Shown here one piece after another: positions 53,934 to 64,000 of a stretch of DNA of 64,000 bases (positions are counted from its first letter, which is position 1; the number at the start of each line of letters is the position of its first letter). The DNA is taken from contig NC_043018.1 of NCBI RefSeq assembly GCF_006345805.1, positions 2,728,001 through 2,792,000 of the forward strand, written 5' to 3'. The stretch comes from Octopus sinensis (Eukaryota). The translations under genes were made by a program, and so were the position numbers. A model generated the notes under the pieces. The model had not been told where the DNA came from and searched no databases. It saw only the letters and a program-made list of their open reading frames with translations.

Positions 53934-54316
53934 CTAGCAGTATCGCCCGGCGTTGCTCGGGTTTGTAAGGGAAATAACTATAAAGCATTTTTAGAGAGTT
54001 ATGGCCAAAAAATAGGAAAAAAAATGAAAAAAAAATGATGGTAAATTTTTTTAGAGTTAAAAAGGTCGAGTCGCGTCCCCTAGACAGTCCGTGGTTTGTC
54101 TTTCTGATTCTCGACCCCATGTCGAATTTATCGATTTTTTTCAGAAATGGGGGAACTTTTCAAAATTTTCGCTGCGTTAGTTTTGAATTATGACATTGGG
54201 CTATGTGTGTGTCAAGTTTCATCAGAATCGGTTGAAAGCCGTGGTCAGGGTGAGGGTACAACCTGACAGACACACAGACACACAGACAGACTAACTGCCG
54301 TTTATATAGAGAGAGA
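53934..54316 (-). mobile_element. Non-autonomous Helitron (second copy)
   Basis: Same termini and hairpin as 32486-32832. Confidence 0.85.
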
Positions 54317-55100
54317 TTTCTTCTTTTCTAATATCGTTATTGTTGATGTTCTCTAGCCTCAACCTAGGCTTACATAAAAAACAAAAGGATATTTTGAAAG
54401 ACATTCCAAACACGTTGATCCAGAAAACTGTTATATAGACATATGGTGATAATGTCATCTTAACAAGTGGGTAAGACGTTGGTTGGTTGATAATTGTAGC
54501 TGTTAAAATGAATGGTTTCAAGGACTCACACAATCTCGTTAGTGTTATTACTATATTGGGCAAAATACCTTAAGCACGCACAGAAAACACATATGGCTGA
54601 AGTAGATCCTGTCAGCAGTGTGGGTGCTACATTTGAGAGAAGTGTTTCCGACCACTGACTCAAGTTGGGTGATACATGTGTCTTCGTCGGTTTGTCAGAT
54701 AGAAGGAAAATTCCAGAGAACATGTAAAGACGGAAGGAGCTGATAGTACGGAGAAAAAAGCGCGTGTGTCATTGCATAGCCAACAATTAACTACCCGGAA
54801 ATTAGATTGAGAATGCAGATTTTGAAAGCAGGAGTGTGCTAATATGGCCATTGTGTGTGCGAGTGTGGGTGAGGCCATTTTCGCCCCTGTGTTTGTAGGC
54901 ATTTGTTTTTGTATGTAAGTAAGGGCGTTTGTGTGTCTGTGTGCATATGGCTGTCTGTGCATAGGTGTGTGTATATGTGTTCGCATGTATGTGTTTGCAT
55001 ATGTTTGAGTGAGTATGAGTGTTTTGTACATTCGTACGTGTCGATATATGTAAGGAGCTTTTGTTATGTGCTTATGGTTATACGTATACGTTTGCGTGTA

Positions 55101-55131
<31 letters not shown>

Positions 55132-56889
55132 GAAGATGGAAATGTATGAGGTGTATGTGTGATGAGGGTTAAGTTGTACATGTAAGCGTGTAGAAGGGCG
55201 TGGATGTTATGTGGAGTGAGAAAATGAGGAGGAAAGTCTGAGAAAAGAAGAATGATATTAGTGAGTGAGAGAGAGAGAGAGATGTATGCATGTGTGTGTG
55301 TGATATGGTTATTGGTAAAATCATTATACATATCTCTCTATATCTAACTTCGTATGCACGAAATATCTCACCATATATTATACATCGTCATACCATGAAG
55401 CTGCGATGTGCACCGCAACAAAACCATTGTGTTTTTCTAAGGACGTCTTTTTGATATTCGCCATGCACCGGGTTACACAAATGTATCTTAGTCACACTCG
55501 ACCGGAGAAATTCAGTGAACCGATAACTTGCTCGTTAGAAACTTATAACCGACGACGCCATAGTTCACCAAATCCTATATTAATTTCAACAAAAACCAAA
55601 ATAATGGAACGAAAATAAATATCTTTGATATCCTAATGTAGTTTATTATAATATAATAATGCTGATCGTTTTGATATTATTTTGAAATTTTCGTTGTTCG
55701 ATTTTTACAAAATGTGCTCCCTATAGATTAGTGTCTGTTACTAGTGTTGAAGTATAAGTATTTGCTTAGGACAGTTTTTGTTGATCGAGCTTTTTTTTGG
55801 TTTGTTTTTGTTTCTTTTTTCCTAGTTTCATTCGCTGTGAGTTTATATAATCATTTTATATAATCGTTAAAATGATTATTATTGTTTATTTATTCAGTTA
55901 TTTTTGGCATTTTCCTTCTTTGATCGCACATTCCATCGACCAGTGATCACAACTTATTCACTGGGAATTAACAGCAAGTTGTTGATGTAGGGTTTTTTTT
56001 CCCGATATTTGTTGATTTTTTAAAAATATTTTTCTGAGTTTTATTTTGCTTTTTAATCTATTTAAAAAAAAAATATCATAAATAATGATGCTATAACGAC
56101 AAGATTTACTATATTAAAAATTATTAGTGGTAGGATGCGTAATAATATATGAAAGAGCAAACTATAAAAAAAAGAATAAAAGAACAATATTCAGGAACGG
56201 AAACGAACAAACGCACCCCACCCCCATATTTTAAAGAATTATAATGCCAGAATGAGAAAAATAAACAAATAATAAAGCAAGTAATAAAATAATAAGAAAC
56301 ATAAAGAATGAAATCAAGAAAACAAATAATAAATAAATATATAAATAAGCACGATCGAGATTAAAAATCACTTGAATTTAAAATTAATCAACTTTGTGTT
56401 ACAAGAAAGATATCGAGCTGAAATTTTAATTGAAAAAAAATTTATTGAACAAATGAAAAAAGATTAAAGTAAGATGGAGAGGAAAACAAAATTTTAATCA
56501 ATCGATTATACCTATTTCCTACCTTTATTTTCGTTTTTTAGTTTTCTTTTCATCAGTTTTATATAATTGTTATTCCTCCCCTTTATTTCTCCTTTCCATT
56601 ATTCACGGCGGAATAATACATTCCCGTTGTTTTCCAATTCTGCATATATATATATATATATACATACTTATTTATATATATGCGTGTGTGTGTATTTATG
56701 TATATATGTATATGTATGTTTATGTATATATATATATATGTATATGTATACATGTATGTATACATATGTATTTATATATATATATATATACTTATTTATA
56801 TATATATATGCGTGTGTTTGTATTTATGTATATATGTCTATGTTTATGTATATATATGCATACATATGTATATATATATACGTATATGG

Positions 56890-56923
<34 letters not shown>

Positions 56924-57654
56924 AAATTGTGTATATATGTGTGTGTATGTGTGTAGGGTGAGAAATAGAGGAACATTTTCGGTCCCGATTTATTTATTTT
57001 ACATGGAAAATAACGCCAAAACTTCGAAGTTTCGGTTTGCGGGCGTTCATCAAACGGCCCTTCACTTTGCTTCGTTTCTTCGTAGATAAGGTTTAGGTGG
57101 GTGGAGTAATTTGAATCATAATTGGGGATAAATATTTTTAGAAAGTTTGCAAATAAAGAGGAGTGGAATAAAAATGTATGTTTGTAGGTCGTGAGTTAAT
57201 AGAAAGATGTAGTGGAAAGATTTATTTCGACCTGACTATAGAGGATTATTATCGTTTAAATTTCAGTGAGACGTGGAAGTTTTTGACAGATGTGTCATAT
57301 TCGAGTAGCAACATCCATTGTTTATATGTTTTGAATTTGTTTCCTTTTTGTTGTTTTTGCTTTAAGAAATTATTATGATTTGCATACACCTGATCTGTTT
57401 ACAAATTGAGGGTCAAGCCTGACAGCATCTTATACACAGAGACATCCAACATCAAACCAAAACAAACATTACTTTCAGTTTTATCCCCCAAAATATCTTC
57501 TTACCATAAAGTAGCCCCCATCTTACTTCGCAACAACGTACTCGGCCCTACTAAAAATGACACCTAATTAGTATTCAAATTTATCCTTAAATCAGAAGCA
57601 GCCTCCGAAACAATGAAATAAAATGAAAAAGATGGAACAAAATCTCTTTCCATG

Positions 57655-57804
57655 TGTTGTGTGGACGCCCCCAGACGATGATGTAGGCTAGCCCAATACG
57701 TAGATATAGAGGGAGAAGTCTAGGCGTCGGCAGAGAACAGTTGGGTAACAGTCAGAGAGAGAGTCGAGTTGAGTAGTAGAGAAATCCGAACGTGCGACAT
57801 AACA
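57655..57804. mobile_element. Very short solo LTR (150 bp)
   Basis: TGTTGTG...CATAACA termini; 5-bp TSD CCATG (57650-57654 / 57805-57809). Confidence 0.75.
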
Positions 57805-59276
57805 CCATGAAATAGATGAAAGACAATGTCAAACTCCCTGTAAAAGTTATCGAAGATCTAATCTATCATTTTAATGTGAAAAGTTTTTAATATATAACTT
57901 CACATAAACATATTCAATTAAGAATTAAAATCAGCGCTTGTGTTGTAAACATTTCGACCGTACATACGCAAAATAAATATTTTGATGTTCACCGGTTCGC
58001 TGGGGTTAGAGGGCGCTGTGCAAAGACTACATCATAGCACGGGTTATTGAAATGCTGGAAAGTCATAGACAAATCGCCTGAAAATGATAAACATCTCGCT
58101 ACCAGTCCAATCCATACCGATATTTTGGCAATTTTGCAGCTTATCAACATGACATGCTTGAATTGAACCAGGAACGAAACGAAAAGCCAGTCTTCGACTA
58201 TATACAAGTATTATAAAAACTATTTGTAGGTAGGCGACGACGACACACACATAAGATTAAATTCAATTATGAATGAAAAGCAGTGCTAATATTGTATGCA
58301 TTATCGACAGCATATACGAAAGTGTTTTGCTTGTTCGCCGGTTCGCTGCATCATGGCGCTCTGGGGTCGTCTTCTTCACAGAACTGAGTATTAAAACACT
58401 TCAGATATCGGCATCCATCACTTACATGTATACGTATAAATGCACATGCATATATGCCTATAAATTAACGTGCATGCGCATATGTATGCGTGCATATGTG
58501 TGTGTGTGTGTGCGCGTGTGCGTGTGTATGTGCGCGCTTGTTTGAGGAAGAGAGTCAGAGCGCAGTAATATCTTCTTCATAATTATTATGTAAAATTAAT
58601 GGCGGAAATACCTCATTGCGTATGACTATGCTGCAATGATATTTATGTGAAAGAAGAAAAGATAAAAACGACAATATCAAACTGGAACCAATTTAAACTT
58701 TGCAGAATTTAAATAAAGAAATTATTCCTATCCTTCTCTTCATGGACGATTCTTTCTTTATTTTTACTCAAATAGATTCGCGATTTTAATATTTTCGTTA
58801 TCATTGTAAAATATTTATTCTCTTTACTTTCTTTTAAATTTACTTCATACATCTGTTCTTCAGTTTCTGTACATGTCTTTCTTTATGGAATTTGGTGTCC
58901 TTACAAGTTATTCTACATTCGTGTTTACGATACGGCAACTAATCGATTTATTTATAAATTCATTGAATTAATGTTTATATAAATTCAATAAAGCGTTATT
59001 GTGCAAAGAATTTTCACATGTTCCTCACTTTAATTTGAATATATGCAATATCATCCGAATTAGAAATTAAAATGTCAAATTAAAATATCAAAATAAAAGA
59101 ATTACTAACAGTCACTCGTAACAGATATTCTAGGTGTGTACCCATACAAAATATACACACGTATGCACACATCGCTATACATGAATATATATATATATAT
59201 ATATAATATATATATATATATTATATATATATATATATATAATATATATATAATATATATATAACGTAAGCTTCCG

Positions 59277-59325
<49 letters not shown>

Positions 59326-59372
59326 TGTATGGGGATGTATCCGTAGGACGAGTGTAAATGTAATTATACGTG

Positions 59373-59415
<43 letters not shown>

Positions 59416-60084
59416 ATAGGTAGGTAGATATACATAGTACTTACCTAAATTCAAATGTATGCATGGCTGGATTGATGAGTATATGGGTGTATGTGTGTTT
59501 CCAAAGTACATCACTTATAGCGATGAAGAAGAGCTGTTTATGACATGATTCGTGAACTATTATTGCAAAAACAATAATTTCGTACTCGTGTGTTTATAAG
59601 ATTATTGTACAGTCGACAATATACGCATACACACACACGCACAGACACACATACACACACACACACAAACACACGTATATATATATATATATATATATAT
59701 GTGTATATATATATATATATGTATAGGAAAACTGAACATGGAGAACATGGTGTAAAACAATGTAATCGTCTCTTCAGGGAAGTGAAGAAATGAGAGTCAT
59801 CAATAAGACATTTTAACAGAAAATGATGGATATGTATAGTGATTTACTGAACACTATTAAGATTGTTTCAAAAACCGTTATAGGATATAACGTCAAAGGT
59901 AGTCTATAGAAAGAGGAGGGATAAAGGAAAGAAAAACTAAATAAATGAGAAGTATAAAACTATATGTATATTGAATAAATCCATATAGACTTGGAAAATA
60001 TATATCTAGTGAATCTGAAATGTAAGAAGAAAATTAATGCTGAAATTATATATAATGATAGATATCACTTACATGAACTAACAG

Positions 60085-60700
60085 TGCGTTTCTGGCAATG
60101 TTTACATCGTATGCACGTTCTATAAACGTGTTTAGAAGGGGCTTGTTAGGAAAAAGAATAAAAATATTTAAGAATTACAGAGAAGACAGAATTCCTTACC
60201 TTTGTCACAAGGTATCGAGATTGAGAGAATCAATCAATCTAAATGAAATTGCTTATTGTCGCCTATTAGATCGCAAATTAATTTACTAAGCCCTGTACTG
60301 TTACGTTTATTCCTATCCCTAAATGTAGAGTAATGATTAGGATTTTTTTAGATTACTCAGATGTGCTTCCTATATAAAACTATACTTCATTATCGATAGT
60401 AATTTTACACTGGTATATAGAATTTTTAATTTTAGAGTTACTTGACATAAACCTAATTCTGTTGTAATTGATTTCAGATACAATAACTGTCTTATTAATA
60501 TTTCTAAGGGAAGGGGTGGTATTAGCTAAATTAATGTTAGTATTAGTAAATGTATCAATATTTAACAGGTTATGTGAAGAGATAATTTGTAAGAGATTAT
60601 TTTGTTTTGGAAAAACCATTCCTAACCGTGTGTAAGTTGATAAAGAATTAACAAGGAAAAATATACAAGTCTCTCTCTATATATATGTATATATATGCAC
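60085..60700 (-). pseudogene. Penelope-like element GIY-YIG endonuclease remnant
   Basis: Manual minus-strand translation: NNLLQIISSHN..NSIYQCKITIDNEV*FYIGSTS..NHYSTF..STGLSKLI..IL..P....FCLLCNS..; stops and frameshifts present. Confidence 0.8.
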
Positions 60701-60864
60701 AACACTAAGTTGTGCCTTTATAATATTTGTGCTTTTATAATATAGACATGGAGTTGTATGTTGTGTATATATATGTATGTAGACACCTATATATACATTA
60801 GCATATTGTATTAATAAATGAATATATAAATTATAACTACGATTATTTAAAATTTTTTGAGAGA

Positions 60865-60953
60865 TCTTATAATCGTTTCATGAATATATTACCTTTCGAA
60901 ATGAGATCCAGAGTTGATAACCATTATTACGAATTATATCCACTCATCAGAGA
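60865..60953 (-). ncRNA. Degenerate type-I hammerhead ribozyme with enlarged stem-II loop
   Basis: UCU-CUGAUGA-GUGGAUAUA(46 nt)UAUAUUCAU-GAAAC-GAUU-AUA-AGA; the stem-III closing pair is a C-A mismatch (probable GUA>AUA). Confidence 0.55.
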
Positions 60954-61785
60954 AAAGAATGAATTTCCGTGCAGGAAACCGAATGGTAGAGATGCTATTT
61001 AAAATCGTATTATAAATGTGTTGTCTAACAAGTTATTGGTATTGATGTGTATTTCTAATAGATGTGTATTATCATATATACATTAGCATATATATCCTCA
61101 TTTATATCTTGCCTGTATTTACAGGTATATATGTAGTCCGTGTGTTTATTTCTGTAATTGGATTTTTTTTTATTATCAAGCGACTTATATTTCTTAATTA
61201 AATTTATTTTACCATTAATTAATTTACTACGTGTATACATGTTTTTCAACTTCTAATTAAAGTTAATTTTGATTTAAGTTTTTCTTCGATCTGACACAAA
61301 TATGATTTTTAATTTTTAATTTTGTAAATTTTAAAATTTATATTTTATGTATATCACCGGTTCTGAAGAAGACCATTAGCTGTAAGGACAAACGAAACGA
61401 AACCAATTTCTAAATGTTTGTCTGTAAATGTAAATTGCATATATATAAACATAACAATTATTTTTTGTTCCATTCTTAACCAAAACTGTCCTACGAACGG
61501 GAACGTGAAACACTGAGTAATAGTTTCTGTGAATATTTTTGCAGCTTTATTAATGAAGCATATTTATATTTATATATATATATACGTGTGTATACACACA
61601 CACAGGCACATATATATATATATATATTATATATATATGTATGTATGTATAAATATACATGCGCGTTTGTGTGTGTATATACATGTGCAAGCAGTTATGC
61701 ATATATCAATGTATATATTTGTGTATACGCATTTATAAAGGTGATTAAATCTACACTTGTATACACATACATTCATACAGATGCA

Positions 61786-61821
<36 letters not shown>

Positions 61822-62336
61822 TGTATACACCCGCAAAAAAGCTTATGTCCAATACGATGACCGCATTATAGTTACGAATCTACGAATATTCAAAGATAAC
61901 TGAACGACAAAGATGTAGAATTATATTACCTTCTAGTGAAACCAAATGATCTGTAAATGTATCGATATATCGATATATTGATCTGCAGTTTCCTTCGGCA
62001 TGCTGCAGGTTATAATATATAGTTAGATAATGGCATGGTGATGTCGAAAGATCCTGGAAAATAGTCTTAAATTCTACCATTACATAAATGTACCATAAAG
62101 TGTCTTTTTAATGATCTGATTATTTAGAGCATTGGAGAAAATAAGTTGGATATTTAATGGTGTGCGTTCTGATTCTGAGTCGAAATCGCTCTCTGCGTCA
62201 ACGTTTAATTCCATCCTATCCAGCTGGTTTTTATTTAAGTCCGATGTTTGATCTCCACATGCAGGAATTTGATGGAAACCGACTCAGACGTAAGTAGCAC
62301 ATATAACTTCAGAACAGTGCGACTGGGGTTATACGA

Positions 62337-62371
<35 letters not shown>

Positions 62372-63339
62372 CACACATGAGACTAGCAATCTGATTTCCT
62401 ACACTGGCATTTCAGGCGCCCATTTCTCGTGAGGATAACTAGAAGTAGCTAGTTACGTTACCTCATATAATTATGACATAACTAGCTCTCATATTATTCA
62501 CTCTGTGTTTTCTCACTCTTCCTCTCTCTCTCTCTCTCATACTCACACAATCCCAGATATATATGTGTGTGTGTATGTATACATATGTGTGTGTGCATAT
62601 ATATATACACACGTATATATATATATATTTATATATATATATATATATGTATATACATATACATAGATACATAGATACATATATATTATTTATATATGCA
62701 AAATTACATATAGTACGTAGGTAATACTCAAATATAGCGTGGATATAATTATATAATAACGTGGGCGTTTGAGTTAGTACTGCAACATAAACGCAACACT
62801 CTTGTAAAGATATTTACCATTTGTCCATGTACTTAACCGTTTATCGATATATCGACCTATATCTCACTTTCTTCTTTCTTTTCTGTCCCTATGTATATAT
62901 TTATCTTACTGTGTTTCTCCCTATACATTTGTCTATTTATTCGTATACACACACGGGTATATAAATATCGTAGATACGCATACGATGTGCATTGCCGAGG
63001 TTTTGAGTCTTTTGCAAGGAAGGTACTTATAACTGTTCTTAACATAGATGTGATAAGCTGACCTTTTATTGTTTTCGATTAAAGGAGACGGGCTTTACAG
63101 CACTTTGAATACAGCCTGTTAGCCACAGCTTCTCAGAGTCGGCTAGTTGTCAGAATGCTGTCGAAGCATGAAGACTGTTCGCTTGCTATATTATTATGTT
63201 TTGCTTTAGACTGAACTGACAGAAACACAGGAAATGCTGAAGACAGCTTATGGATTAACTCGCATGATTCAGGCATGTGTCTTTTGGTAGCACACGAGGT
63301 TCAAGCAGAATGGATACGGGCGAAGTGGGACCTCAGAGC

Positions 63340-63700
63340 ATCAGTGTTGAGTGAGAAAATTTCTCGACCTTTTGAATGAAGGTCGTTGAGTTTCTATGAA
63401 CACAATCGGCGTGCGTTTTGAAGTTAGTGAGTCCACTGTACAAAGTATTATAAAGGCAGATAAGAAGGTGCGAAAAGATTGTACAAAGTTCCTATCTAGA
63501 GTTCTCAGTGACAAGCATGTTATTAACCAACTACTTGGCAGAGAAAGGCATCAAAGTATTTCCGTCAGTGAACTTCGGTTGTTCTCCAAGCTGATGGAGA
63601 ATCTCAGTGGTAGTCATTTTGAGAATACTCCTCGCATACGGCACATCCCTCACGTACTGTGCCCTCCACAAATTCTGATTGCTTCTTTGCGTTAACATGT
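63340..63700 (+). mobile_element. pogo/Tigger-like transposase N-terminal HTH remnant
   Basis: IGVRFEVSESTVQSIIKADKK resembles the CENP-B/Tigger N-terminal HTH. Confidence 0.55.
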
Positions 63701-64000
63701 ACCTTGCAACATTGTAGCCTTTAATCTGATCAAGATATTCTTGCTCTGAAGAGTAACCGGCGATAAACACCTCACGTGGATTTTACCACTTCTGAGATTC
63801 AACTCGCTATGAAATGTATGTAGCGCAGATTTCCCATACTCCATTCCGTAACTCTTGTATTCCTTTTCCCCCACTCGCCAACCCTAGTCGCCTACCAAGG
63901 AAATTAATTCTCTAAACGTCCGTCTCAATAAACCACTGTTGTTCCCGAAATATTAAAAAGAAATTTACTACGGATCGCTCGAAGGTAACTTTCTCCTTTC

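Noticed and set aside
61356-61410. GGUU-CUGAAGA...GAAACGAAACC on plus strand
   Set aside because: Stem II does not pair and there is no cleavage triplet; at best a ruined motif.

Overview
Eukaryotic, AT-rich window saturated with microsatellites, with no confidently identifiable host gene. Almost all ORF-track entries are microsatellite read-throughs. The repeat content (several tRNA-derived SINE families, SINEs with an internal (TA)/(TG) tract) resembles a coleoid cephalopod, probably an Octopus; this is inference only. Recognisable elements: two Tx1/L1-clade LINE 3' ends (one young), CR1-like LINE fragments, several R4/Dong-like restriction-like-endonuclease LINE fragments next to (TAA)n, mariner and pogo/Tigger remnants, two copies of a non-autonomous Helitron, a TTAA MITE, two small solo LTRs with 5-bp target-site duplications (TSDs), and a decayed Penelope-like element (PLE) GIY-YIG region. 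The most notable signal is a set of minimal type-I hammerhead ribozyme (HHR) motifs in PLE-type terminal repeats embedded in (TA)n tracts. Two loci carry divergent inverted HHR pairs: a perfect 124-bp-arm palindrome at 10.1-10.3 kb, and a pair with a large stem-II loop at 20.3-20.6 kb. A third, degenerate HHR lies beside the GIY-YIG remnant at 60.9 kb. A SINE subfamily also shares its 3' terminus with the Tx1 LINE in this window.
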